Below, piece after piece: positions 15,786-24,616 of a DNA stretch of 32,000 bases. Every line of letters starts with the position of its first letter. Within the stretch, counting starts at the first letter, position 1. Location: positions 863 to 32,862 of the forward strand of contig CAZEXD010000002.1 of the NCBI GenBank assembly GCA_964516865.1. Direction: 5' to 3'. Both the position numbers and the translations under genes were made by a program. This stretch comes from an uncultured Candidatus Saccharibacteria bacterium. GTDB taxonomy: Bacteria > Patescibacteriota > Minisyncoccia > Minisyncoccales > Staskawiczbacteraceae. The notes under the pieces were generated by a model. The model was given only the letters and a program-made list of their open reading frames with translations, had not been told where the DNA came from and did no database searches.

Positions 15786-16796
15786 TTACAATCTTTTTCC
15801 CACAAACTCCGCAAATTCCGCCAGCCGACACGCATAGCCCCACTCATTGTCATACCAACCAACCACTTTCACTAAATTTCCAATAGTCATAGTCAATTGA
15901 CTATCTAAAATAGCAGAATGAGAATCGCCAATGAAATCAGCGGAAACGAGCGGCTCATCTACCACCTTTAAAATTCCTTTAAAACTTTTCTGATTAGCGG
16001 CTTTTTTAAACATTTTATTAATTTCTTCTTTTGATGCCGTTTTTTCTATTTCTACAATTAAATCCAAACTGGAAACCGTGGGCGTAGGCACGCGCATGGC
16101 AATGCCATCTAATTTCCCCTTCAACTCCGGTATCACCTTACCCAACGCTTTAGCGGCTCCAGTTGAGGTCGGGACAATGTTTAAAGCAGCCGCCCTCGCT
16201 CTTCTTAAATCTTTATGAGGTAGGTCCAAAATTCTTTGGTCATTAGTATAACTATGAATTGTGGTCATAAATCCCTTCACAATTTTTAGATTATCGTTTA
16301 AAACCTTGGCTAAAGGCGCAATACAGTTTGTGGTGCAAGAGCCCATATCAACAATTTTATCTTTTTCCGGATTAAACTTTCCCTCGTTGACGCCTAAAAC
16401 ATAAGTTGGAATTTCTTCGCTTTTAGCCGGCGCTGAAATTATAACCTTTTTAGCACCGGCTTTCAGATGCTTCGCAGCGCCTTCTTTATCAGTAAACTGA
16501 CCGGTGCATTCCAAAACAATATCAATTCCTAATTTTTTCCAAGGAAGGTTTTGGGGATTGGTCTCACTAAAAACCAAAATCTCTTTTCCATTAACAATGA
16601 TTGATTTTTCAGTTGAATTAACGTTAGCGTGATAATTTCGATAAACTGAATCGTATTTCAAAAGGTGCGCCAGCGTTTTAGTATCAGTTAAATCGTTTAT
16701 TGCCACCACTTCCAATTGAGAATGTTTTTCCAAAATTCTTCTAAGGGTTGGTCGCCCTATTCTTCCAAACCCATTTATTGCAATTTTTATTGACAT
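15786..16796 (-). CDS. gap: Glyceraldehyde-3-phosphate dehydrogenase
   Basis: IAINGFGRIGR Rossmann start, catalytic SCTTNC, and WYDNEWGY near the C-terminus. Confidence 0.93.
   Translation of the reverse strand: MSIKIAINGFGRIGRPTLRRILEKHSQLEVVAINDLTDTKTLAHLLKYDSVYRNYHANVNSTEKSIIVNGKEILVFSETNPQNLPWKKLGIDIVLECTGQFTDKEGAAKHLKAGAKKVIISAPAKSEEIPTYVLGVNEGKFNPEKDKIVDMGSCTTNCIAPLAKVLNDNLKIVKGFMTTIHSYTNDQRILDLPHKDLRRARAAALNIVPTSTGAAKALGKVIPELKGKLDGIAMRVPTPTVSSLDLIVEIEKTASKEEINKMFKKAANQKSFKGILKVVDEPLVSADFIGDSHSAILDSQLTMTIGNLVKVVGWYDNEWGYACRLAEFAEFVGKRL
15793..15818. repeat. 26-bp direct repeat, copy 2 (inside the last codons of gap)
   Basis: Identical to 14445-14470. Confidence 0.9.
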
Positions 16797-16816
16797 AAAA
16801 ATTGAAAATTTAATAA

Positions 16817-17062
16817 TTACGAAGTAATTTCTAGGAGTTTATCTATTCTTTCTTTATCAAAACCAATTATAATTTCTCCATCAATATCAACCACGGGCAC
16901 ACCCATTTGACCTGATTTTTCTATCATTTCGTTTAACGCCTTTTCATCTTTGGAAACATCAATATCTTCAAACTCAATGTTTTTGTTTTTTAAATATTCT
17001 TTTAGGGTAAGACAATAAACACAAGTTGGAGTAGAAAAAATTTTTATTTTTGGTTGGGACAT
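16817..17062 (-). CDS. Glutaredoxin-like protein (NrdH/YruB-type, CVYC active site)
   Basis: 81 aa. KIFSTPTCVYCLTLKEYL ... GVPVVDIDGEIIIGFD thioredoxin-fold pattern. Confidence 0.75.
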   Translation of the reverse strand: MSQPKIKIFSTPTCVYCLTLKEYLKNKNIEFEDIDVSKDEKALNEMIEKSGQMGVPVVDIDGEIIIGFDKERIDKLLEITS

Positions 17063-17083
17063 ATTTAAATTTTTAATTTAAGT

Positions 17084-18097
17084 TTACTCACAACCTCCTT
17101 GAGCCGAAGCGCCTGTTGCGCTTAATTGTTGTTGGCATTTGGGGGGTTGAGCATTAAAACCAGAACAAATAGCATTTTTATATGATTCGGGATTACGTGG
17201 CCCGTTATACTCTATTTCATTAATGAATAATTGAGGAGAACCCCTAACACTATATTTTTGGACCGCCTTTATTTCTTCGTCTAATAACGAATTTCCCTCT
17301 GACTTCTGGCAGTTTTTTATTTGTTGAACATTAATTCCCAACTTCCTTGCGGCTTCTTCCCAACACGTATCGGCGTTTTGAGATGTACAGCCTTTGTTTA
17401 TCGCTTCTATAAACCTCCAAAATTTATTTTTTTGATATTTGAAAACGCATATTTCTCTAATATCTTGATGCAATTCTTGGTCGCCATGTAATGATTCATA
17501 TTCTCCGCTTTTGTCTTTAGAGACAATATAATGCATTACAAAATCAATTTTATCTCCCAAAAGATCAATAACTGGCATCATTATTTCTTCGGCTTGGTTT
17601 CCATAAGGGCAAAAAGCCATCACAAAAAGTTCCACCTTCGGCTTATCGGTTTTTGGTATTTCTTTTTCTTCGTTATTACCGGTCGTTTCGCTCGTCGGTT
17701 TTTCATCTAAGTTAATAGGAAGTTCTGGCATTATCGGAAATAAATATTTTCCATCTTTTGTTACATAAACCATATGATCTTGTTTTTGGCCATTATAATC
17801 TATGGTAAGTTGAAACTTATAAAGACCGCTTTCTTCTTTAACCTCTTTAATGTCGCCATTTAAAAAAGCGCTTCCTTTTCCCCGCAAAAGATTTTCATTT
17901 ATATAATTAATGGTTTTTTGGACCACTTTGTCGGCTGTTAGAAATTTAACTCCGATATTATTCTTTTTTAAATAAATGATATAACCACCTACGCCCGCTA
18001 TTATAATAACCACAGTAATAACGATAATAACAATTACTGTGCGAAAAATTCTGTTTTTAAAAACTCTAATTTTTTTAATGATTTCTTTTAGTACCAT
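17084..18097 (-). CDS. Membrane-anchored DsbA/thioredoxin-fold-like protein (predicted extracytoplasmic)
   Basis: N-terminal TM helix. ELFVMAFCPYGNQAE sits where DsbA-like proteins carry CxxC, but here it is CPYG with a single Cys. Several paired Cys further downstream. Assignment is tentative. Confidence 0.45.
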   Translation of the reverse strand: MVLKEIIKKIRVFKNRIFRTVIVIIVITVVIIIAGVGGYIIYLKKNNIGVKFLTADKVVQKTINYINENLLRGKGSAFLNGDIKEVKEESGLYKFQLTIDYNGQKQDHMVYVTKDGKYLFPIMPELPINLDEKPTSETTGNNEEKEIPKTDKPKVELFVMAFCPYGNQAEEIMMPVIDLLGDKIDFVMHYIVSKDKSGEYESLHGDQELHQDIREICVFKYQKNKFWRFIEAINKGCTSQNADTCWEEAARKLGINVQQIKNCQKSEGNSLLDEEIKAVQKYSVRGSPQLFINEIEYNGPRNPESYKNAICSGFNAQPPKCQQQLSATGASAQGGCE

Positions 18098-18173
18098 TTT
18101 TTTATTTTTTTATTAATAATAATTACATTTTAATAGTTTAACATATTTATTTTAAAAAACAAACAGCGGGGGC

Positions 18174-18857
18174 TTAAATTATATTTTTGGATTGCAATTT
18201 TAATTTTTCATCAAATTCGTATTCAATTACGCCGGCATAAGGAATTTCAAAATCAATAATTTTTTCCTCCGATATTTTCTCTATATATTTGGCTATTGCT
18301 CTTAACGAATTATGACTCGCTACTATCAAAACATTTTTGCCTTCTTTTAAATCCTTTTCTGGATATTTCTTGAAAAAGGGAATCACCCTTTTAAAAACCT
18401 TTTTTAAACTTTCTCCGCCGGGAGGCGCTATTCGATAACTTCGCCGCCACTGTTGAACTATTTTCTCGCCATATTTTTTTATTGTTTCTTCTTTGTTTTC
18501 ACCTTGCAACTTGCCATAATATCTTTCATTAAGTTTTTCAGAAACAAATACCGGAAACTCGTTTTCCTCAATATGGCCGTAATTTCCCCATTTTTGCATT
18601 TTCCCAGCATCAAGATGAATAAAAAGAGGATACTCTTTATTATCGCTATATTCAAACATTCTTGCCACTGTGTCCATGTTTCGAAACAAGGCGGAGGAAT
18701 AAATTTTGTCTATTTTATGTCTATTAATTGTTTTAGCCGCTAAACTTTTTGCCTCTTCGATATCGTTTTTATTCAAAACCACATCTACCCAGCCGGTAAA
18801 TCTATTATCAGCATTCCACTGAGATTTTAAGTGTCTTAATAAAAACAATTTAACCAT
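18174..18857 (-). CDS. gpmA: Phosphoglycerate mutase, histidine-phosphatase (dPGM-like) family
   Basis: MVKLFLLRHLKSQWNADNRFTGWVDV aligns with the RHGESxWNxxNxFTGWxD motif (G replaced by L). The ATG at 18857 is preferred over the TTG at 18875 and overlaps the eno stop by 8 nt. Confidence 0.8.
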   Translation of the reverse strand: MVKLFLLRHLKSQWNADNRFTGWVDVVLNKNDIEEAKSLAAKTINRHKIDKIYSSALFRNMDTVARMFEYSDNKEYPLFIHLDAGKMQKWGNYGHIEENEFPVFVSEKLNERYYGKLQGENKEETIKKYGEKIVQQWRRSYRIAPPGGESLKKVFKRVIPFFKKYPEKDLKEGKNVLIVASHNSLRAIAKYIEKISEEKIIDFEIPYAGVIEYEFDEKLKLQSKNII

Positions 18858-20058
18858 GCTTAAGTTCTTGTTCAATTTTTAATAAACGATTATATTTTAC
18901 CATTCTTTCTGGTTTTGCGGGAGAGCCGGCCTTAATAAATTCCGCCCCCAAACCAACCGCCAAATCAGCAATAAGGTCATCCATTGTCTCTCCCGAACGA
19001 TGACTCACAATTGTTTTCCAGCCAAAAGATTTCGCCAAATTAGATGCCTCAATAGTTTCTGAAACCGTTCCCGCTTGATTTAACTTTAAAATAATTCCAT
19101 TACAAGCATTTTTATTATGCGCCTCTTTAATTTTTTTAATGTTCGTTGTCGTCAAATCGTCGCCAATTATCAATAATTTTGGATTTTGGATTTTGAATTT
19201 TGAACTTAACATTTCCCACCCCTGCCAATCATCTTCAGCAAAAGGATCTTCAAAGGAAATGATTGGGAACTCGTTTGCTAAATCCATATAAAATTCCAAT
19301 AATTGAGATCTGTTAATTTCGTTGTTTTCTAAAAGGTATTTGCCATTTTTGTAAAATTGCGAAGCGGCGCTATCTAAAGCAAAATTTATAATACCCTCCC
19401 TATCGCAAGCCGCTCTTAATAAAAATAAGGCCTTTTTCGTAAAAGAAATGGGCGGCGCAAAACCGCCTTCGTCTCCTAATACCAAATGATTCTTGCCAAA
19501 CTCTTTCTCAATTTCATTTTTTAATTTGTTAAAGATGTTATTGCATTTTACTAAATTTTCGGCAATTGTTTTTTCGTGAGGCACTATCATAAATTCCTGA
19601 ATAGCTAAATCATTAGAAGCGTGCTTACCGCCGTTTAAGATATTGAACATCGGCAAGGGAATAAAAAGTTTATTTTTGTTTTGAGATAAATCAGCGATAT
19701 GCTGATACAATCCAATTTTTTTAACCGCGGCGCCAGCGCGGCATACCGCCATAGAAGCCGGTAAAATTGCGTTTGCACCCAGTTTTGACTTGTTTTCTGT
19801 TCCGTCTAACCTAATCATCAAATCATCTATCTCTTTTTGATTTTCTGGGTTTCTGCCTTTTATTGCTGGCGCTATAATTTTGTTTATGTTTTTAATTGCC
19901 TGCGATACATCAACCGTCAATGCTTCGTTTTTTCCCACTGATGCTCCGGCAGGGCAAGAAGAGCTAAAAATGCCTGTATTGGTTTCCAGTTCAACCTCTA
20001 CCGTTGAATTTCCCCGCGAATCAAAAATCCTTTTTGCTTTTATGTTTTTAATTTTCAC
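18850..20058 (-). CDS. eno: Enolase
   Basis: 402 aa. IFDSRGNSTVEVE, the SHRSGET motif, and C-terminal KYNRLLKIEQEL. GTG start overlapping the trxB stop (GTGA). Confidence 0.92.
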   Translation of the reverse strand: MKIKNIKAKRIFDSRGNSTVEVELETNTGIFSSSCPAGASVGKNEALTVDVSQAIKNINKIIAPAIKGRNPENQKEIDDLMIRLDGTENKSKLGANAILPASMAVCRAGAAVKKIGLYQHIADLSQNKNKLFIPLPMFNILNGGKHASNDLAIQEFMIVPHEKTIAENLVKCNNIFNKLKNEIEKEFGKNHLVLGDEGGFAPPISFTKKALFLLRAACDREGIINFALDSAASQFYKNGKYLLENNEINRSQLLEFYMDLANEFPIISFEDPFAEDDWQGWEMLSSKFKIQNPKLLIIGDDLTTTNIKKIKEAHNKNACNGIILKLNQAGTVSETIEASNLAKSFGWKTIVSHRSGETMDDLIADLAVGLGAEFIKAGSPAKPERMVKYNRLLKIEQELKHG

Positions 20059-20990
20059 TTTTGTTTTCTTAAATATTCATAGGCGGCTAATGCCGCTTTG
20101 CATCCTTCGCCAGCCGCCGTAACAATTTGTTTGTATTTTCCCGTATTAACATCGCCCACCGCAAACAGACCGGGTGTTTTTGTCTGAAATGTTTCAAACT
20201 CTACTTTTATTTCATCCTTTTCATTAAAATCAACCAATCCTTTTGCCAAAGAAGTGGCTGGTTGGGTGCCAATTTCAATAAAAACCCCCTCAACATTTAA
20301 AACTTTTGTTTCTTTATTTTTTAAATCTTCGTAAATCAAAGAGTTTACAAACCTATTTCCTTTTATTTCTTTAATTTCCGCATTGGTAATTATTTCTATT
20401 TTCTTTGATTTTGCCGCCTCCTTTTGGTTTTCTGCGTCTGCCTTAACCTCAGAACCATATTCCAAAATATAGATTTTTTTTGCATAATTTGTCATAAAAA
20501 TCGCTGCTTCAAATCCGCTATTTCCACCGCCAACAACAGCCACTGTTTTATTTTTAAAAAGCGGTCCATCGCATGTTACGCAATAACTCAAACCCTTACC
20601 GATAAACTCTTTTTCGCCCGGTACCTCTAACGGTCGAGGATCGGCGCCGGTAGCAATAATAACTGATTTACTAAAAAATTTTTCATTTTCACTAGTAATA
20701 ACAATAAATCCCTCAATACCCTCATTGGTTCCCCTTTCTAACTTTCTTATTGTTGCAATTTTTTTTTCTACAAACTCTTGGGCGTCTAAATGTTTTTTGA
20801 ATTTCTCAATCAACTTTTGACCATTGATTCTAAAAAAACCAGGATAATTACAAACCTCGGTGGCTTTTTTCGCCATTTGGCCGCCATATTCTTTTGTAAT
20901 TAAAAGAGTTTTTATTCGTTGTCTTCCAGCATAAATTCCAGCCGTAATTCCCGCTGGTCCCCCACCAATAATAATTAAATCGTAAACCAT
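20055..20990 (-). CDS. trxB: Thioredoxin reductase-like flavoprotein (low-Mr TrxR fold, CVTC redox centre)
   Basis: DLIIIGGGPAGITAG, CVTCDGPLF, VVGGGNSGFEAA, FAVGDV. The HRRxxxR NADPH motif position reads LEYGSEVKA. Confidence 0.8.
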   Translation of the reverse strand: MVYDLIIIGGGPAGITAGIYAGRQRIKTLLITKEYGGQMAKKATEVCNYPGFFRINGQKLIEKFKKHLDAQEFVEKKIATIRKLERGTNEGIEGFIVITSENEKFFSKSVIIATGADPRPLEVPGEKEFIGKGLSYCVTCDGPLFKNKTVAVVGGGNSGFEAAIFMTNYAKKIYILEYGSEVKADAENQKEAAKSKKIEIITNAEIKEIKGNRFVNSLIYEDLKNKETKVLNVEGVFIEIGTQPATSLAKGLVDFNEKDEIKVEFETFQTKTPGLFAVGDVNTGKYKQIVTAAGEGCKAALAAYEYLRKQK

Positions 20991-21049
20991 AAATGTTTAT
21001 TAATTTTTATTAATTAAAAATTATTATTTTATTTTACTAAAGTTTAAAA

Positions 21050-21102
21050 AATAAAAAAAGCCCCCAGCTCGGTTATGTCTTAACACAACAGAGACCAGGG
21101 GC
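21050..21102 (-). terminator. Putative intrinsic terminator of the 137-aa coiled-coil gene
   Basis: Minus-strand GCCCCUGGUCUC ... GAGCUGGGGGC stem (G-U wobbles) followed by UUUUUUUAUUUUUU. Confidence 0.55.
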
Positions 21103-21160
21103 CATGAAGCTGTCGTCAATATATGACTGAACTCCGCCAAATGGACAACTCGCCATATTC

Positions 21161-21574
21161 TTACTTCAACTCCCTTAAAGCCTCATCAACTAAATCCCTC
21201 TCCTCTTTATTGAGTTTATTATATATCTCCTTCCGTCTTTTCTCCTCTTGTTCTAGCGCTTCTTTACTTTTTTTTAGTAGCTCTATTGTTCTTTCCAACT
21301 TCCTACCCGAGGCCTCAAGCGACTTAATAAAATTTCCCATTAAGTTATCAATCTTCAACATATCCGTCTTCGCTTCTTCCATCCTCCTATTTATTTGCTT
21401 TATTTGCTTCCCGTGTTTATCTAAACTTTCAGCGAGATTTCCGACCATTACTTTTAGCATCTCCGTTAGCTCTCTCAATCCCTCTCTAATGTTTTTTTCT
21501 TCTCTCATTTCCCCCAGCGCCAATCTTCCTTCCCATGCCACCACAATAATAACCAACATTAGCAGCGTCTTCAT
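21161..21574 (-). CDS. Small secreted or membrane-anchored coiled-coil protein, unknown function
   Basis: The ATG at 21574 is preceded by a perfect AGGAGG with 6-nt spacing. MKTLLMLVIIVVAW hydrophobic start, then K/E/R-rich heptad-like sequence. GC-richer than neighbouring genes. The listed 152-aa version starts at an upstream TTG. Confidence 0.6.
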   Translation of the reverse strand: MKTLLMLVIIVVAWEGRLALGEMREEKNIREGLRELTEMLKVMVGNLAESLDKHGKQIKQINRRMEEAKTDMLKIDNLMGNFIKSLEASGRKLERTIELLKKSKEALEQEEKRRKEIYNKLNKEERDLVDEALRELK

Positions 21575-21629
21575 AGGACGCCTCCTAAGAGAACAGGAAA
21601 GGGAAAAACAACTCAACAACGCTAATTAT

Positions 21630-21658
21630 AATATATTACATTATATTTATTTTGTCAA
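21630..21658 (-). promoter_or_regulatory. Candidate promoter for the coiled-coil gene
   Basis: On the minus strand: TTGACA (21658-21653), 17 nt, TATATT (21635-21630). Confidence 0.5.
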
Positions 21659-21686
21659 ATAAATGCGCTATTTTTAAAATTAAATA

Positions 21687-22964
21687 CTAATGAGTGGCGC
21701 AAGAAATACACGGATCGTAAACTCGGATAAGAGTTCTAATTTTTTTATGGATTTCTTTTTGAGATAATTTGGAAATATTCGGCAAATAAATCTTTAAATC
21801 TTCTTCTAAATTATTCAAAAACTGGGCGGTAGGAGTAACAATATCGCAATCAATAATTCTTCCTTCGTTGTTAATTTCAAAATAAGTAAATAAAGTTCCT
21901 CGCGGAGCCTCCATTGCCGACAAGCCGGAACCTTTATTAATTTTTATCTCTTTATTTTTTTCACTAAGATTATGATTTAGAATTTCTTTTATTATTTTTT
22001 CCACCTCCTCAATGAAATGAATAACTTCCACCGCCTGAAAAAATAAATTATGAAAAACATTATTAAAAATTTTTTCCCTTCCTCCTCTTTTCTGGCTAAA
22101 TTTATCTAAAAACTCTTTTGCGCTGGGATTTAATTTATCGGAGTTATTGTAAACTCTGGCAATGGCGCCAAGCATATAAGAATTTTCTTGAAATTTTACC
22201 CTTTTTACCGGTGGCTGTTTGCTAAAATCTTGAACTATTTGATTAGAATAAAAATCGCCGACGGAAAAATTCTTTCCGCCTATTTTAAAAATTTCCGTCT
22301 GATAAAAAGAATAATCAGTTAAAGCAAACAAAGAACCAAAAATAGTTTTTCTTGCCATTTCGGGGTAATTAATTTTAGATAATGTTTCCAATAATACCAA
22401 CGAATTCTCTTTGGCTTTTTTGGCGGTTTCAAGAATTTCTTCAAACTTTTCTTTTCCCGCAATTTTGGAAAAACCGCCAATTTGGGGAGTGATAGGATGA
22501 ATTGCTCGACCGCCGACATATTTTGCTATTTTTAAACCAAAATCTCTGATAAGTAACGCTGCTTTTGTTTCTTTGGGAAATTTTTTAAATAAATCTAGAT
22601 CTTTTTCAATATCTAAAAAATCCGCCAAACTCAAAAAAAACAAATGCAAGGTGTGGCTGTGGATTATTTGGCCGGCTAACAATAATTTCCTCATTAAAAC
22701 CGTCAACTCCGAAACTTTGATATTCAACGCCTTTTCTAGAGCCACACAGCCGTTTAAAATATGGACAATGGGACAAATACCGCAAATTCGCGAAATTACC
22801 AATGGCGCGTCTTTTATTTTCCTGCCGATTAAAATTCCTTCAATCTGACGCAAACCCTCAAGTGTTTCTATTTTTAAATGTTTTACTTTACCGGTAGCCG
22901 CAACTTCTGCCCAAAATCCCGCTTCACCCTCAATTTTATGAATATGAGGAATGCTTATTTTCAT
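21687..22964 (-). CDS. [NiFe]-hydrogenase large subunit (cytoplasmic, group 3-like)
   Basis: N-terminal RICGICPIVH (RxCGxCxxxH). The protein ends exactly at DPCISCATH (DPCxxCxxH) with no extension. Confidence 0.88.
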   Translation of the reverse strand: MKISIPHIHKIEGEAGFWAEVAATGKVKHLKIETLEGLRQIEGILIGRKIKDAPLVISRICGICPIVHILNGCVALEKALNIKVSELTVLMRKLLLAGQIIHSHTLHLFFLSLADFLDIEKDLDLFKKFPKETKAALLIRDFGLKIAKYVGGRAIHPITPQIGGFSKIAGKEKFEEILETAKKAKENSLVLLETLSKINYPEMARKTIFGSLFALTDYSFYQTEIFKIGGKNFSVGDFYSNQIVQDFSKQPPVKRVKFQENSYMLGAIARVYNNSDKLNPSAKEFLDKFSQKRGGREKIFNNVFHNLFFQAVEVIHFIEEVEKIIKEILNHNLSEKNKEIKINKGSGLSAMEAPRGTLFTYFEINNEGRIIDCDIVTPTAQFLNNLEEDLKIYLPNISKLSQKEIHKKIRTLIRVYDPCISCATH

Positions 22965-23004
22965 AAATTTTTCCTAGAAAAAAATTTTAATTAATTTTTA
23001 AAAA

Positions 23005-23751
23005 TTAGAAAGCGTCTTTTAAACCAAATATTTCTAAATCACTTTCAATTTCTTTGCGCGCTTTAAATTTTTCCATTGCTGTTATAAATTTTTTTACTTC
23101 TGCGTTTTTCAAAAACCCTCGGCAAGCAAAACAAATTTCTCCATTTTTTGGACAAATCGCTCCGCAACCACCTAAAGTAATGGGGCCAAAACAAACTTTT
23201 TTTTGAGCCAAAAAACAATCACTTGTCCCCTTTAAAGAACATTCAGAACAGACTGGCAATTGCGGAATCTCGGGAATTTCCCCTTTTATCATTTCGGAAG
23301 CATATTTTAAAAACTCTTCGCCGTTTATAGGGCAACCGGGAATTATAAAATCAACTTTAACAAAATTATCAACCTCTTTAATTTTGGGGTTGGCAACTTT
23401 TAAGGTTTTATAAATATAGCGAATAGTTTTTTCTTTGTTCTGATAATTTTTAATTTCAGGAATTCCGCCAAGCGCCGCGCAATTCCCCAAAACCACTAAA
23501 GTTTTAGAGTTTTTCCGAAGTTTTTTAAGCAAATTAATATCTTTTTTTGTAATCGGATTTCCTTCAATAAAAGTTATGTCAATCTTTGTCTTTTTAAGCA
23601 GTTCGTCTTCTATTAATGGCATATCAAGCAACTCTGTTTTTTTTAGAAAATTAAAAAATCTTTTACCCAGGTCTAATAAAGCAAATTGACATCCCTCGCA
23701 AGAGGTTAAAGAAACAATGACAATTTTTTTCTTAAGAATTTTTTTTCTCAT
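23005..23751 (-). CDS. [NiFe]-hydrogenase small subunit (group 3-like, no Tat signal)
   Basis: VSLTSCEGCQFALLD, GNCAALGGIP and IPGCP proximal-cluster ligands, plus a C-terminal Cys-rich block (CSECS...CFLAQKKVCFGP...GGCGAICP...CFACRG). Confidence 0.85.
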   Translation of the reverse strand: MRKKILKKKIVIVSLTSCEGCQFALLDLGKRFFNFLKKTELLDMPLIEDELLKKTKIDITFIEGNPITKKDINLLKKLRKNSKTLVVLGNCAALGGIPEIKNYQNKEKTIRYIYKTLKVANPKIKEVDNFVKVDFIIPGCPINGEEFLKYASEMIKGEIPEIPQLPVCSECSLKGTSDCFLAQKKVCFGPITLGGCGAICPKNGEICFACRGFLKNAEVKKFITAMEKFKARKEIESDLEIFGLKDAF

Positions 23752-23798
23752 TTTATTTTTCTTATTCTATACCTTCTTTAAATAATAATATAAAAGTA

Positions 23799-23826
23799 GA
23801 AAAAAAGCGAGATTGTTAATCTCGCT
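23799..23826 (-). terminator. Intrinsic terminator overlapping the stop of the 255-aa gene
   Basis: agcgagatt (23806-23814) pairs with aatctcgct (23818-23826). On the minus strand it is followed by UUUUUUUC. Confidence 0.65.
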
Positions 23827-24583
23827 TTTGGTCAGATTGATGAAATTGCAGCGCCTCATTGGTGAGATTCAACAAGCATTCAGCCTGTTTATAAGTAATT
23901 TTCTCTCGCCCCACCCCAAAGTGAAAAGATACAATATCACCCTCTTTTTCATCCTCCAAAAACCCCCTTTCTATCTCTATTTTTGTCTTTTTTAAATAAA
24001 GGGTATTGTCGGAATGCATCGCTAACGCAAATGTTTTAACCATCAAAAGTGACCGACCTCCAATCACATCTCCTTCTTTCTTTTCTACCACCGTACCTGG
24101 CCTAATCAAACAATGATTAATGTTGGCGATAACCTGCCTTTTTTTCCCAAAGTCATTTAGCGCCTGAAGCACCACGAAATTATGATGTGGTTTTCCTCTC
24201 ACCAAACGAGGAATTCTCTGGTCTCTTATCTTTTCTAATATCTCTTTTCTGGGCGCCTCTGGGGAAATTGGGCAATTTTCCGAAAGATTCCGAACAACAT
24301 CTGGAGAAATTTCGGTCAAATTAACTGATCCTAACCAGTGGTTGCGCACCACTTCTTCGGAAAAAATAGTGCTGGTTTTAAAGGAACGCGCTATCAACCG
24401 GTAATACAGGATTGGCTCAAGGTTATTAAGGAGAGCCAGAATCATCCCTAAATTCGCCAAGTCGGGTTCCTTAATGAACCCGTAAAGAAAAGAAAAAGGA
24501 TCGAAGGTTAATGAATTCAGTCGGCCATCTTTTAGTTCGGGACAGCCAAAACTGTACAAACAAGCGATTCTTACGCCTTCCAT
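23816..24583 (-). CDS. Conserved-looking hypothetical protein, 255 aa, no family assignable from sequence alone
   Basis: Long ORF with an ATG start. GC-richer than flanking genes. Has its own terminator and a structured upstream region. Confidence 0.6.
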   Translation of the reverse strand: MEGVRIACLYSFGCPELKDGRLNSLTFDPFSFLYGFIKEPDLANLGMILALLNNLEPILYYRLIARSFKTSTIFSEEVVRNHWLGSVNLTEISPDVVRNLSENCPISPEAPRKEILEKIRDQRIPRLVRGKPHHNFVVLQALNDFGKKRQVIANINHCLIRPGTVVEKKEGDVIGGRSLLMVKTFALAMHSDNTLYLKKTKIEIERGFLEDEKEGDIVSFHFGVGREKITYKQAECLLNLTNEALQFHQSDQKRD

Positions 24584-24616
24584 GGCATTTTCCTTTCACT
24601 TGTCAAGTTGCAGAAA

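Noticed and set aside
21123-21662. Plus-strand 179-aa ORF overlapping the 137-aa coiled-coil gene
   Set aside because: The translation is Ser/Leu/Phe-rich low-complexity, typical of the antisense of a K/E-rich gene. The minus-strand ORF has the AGGAGG SD, the promoter, the signal-like start and the terminator.
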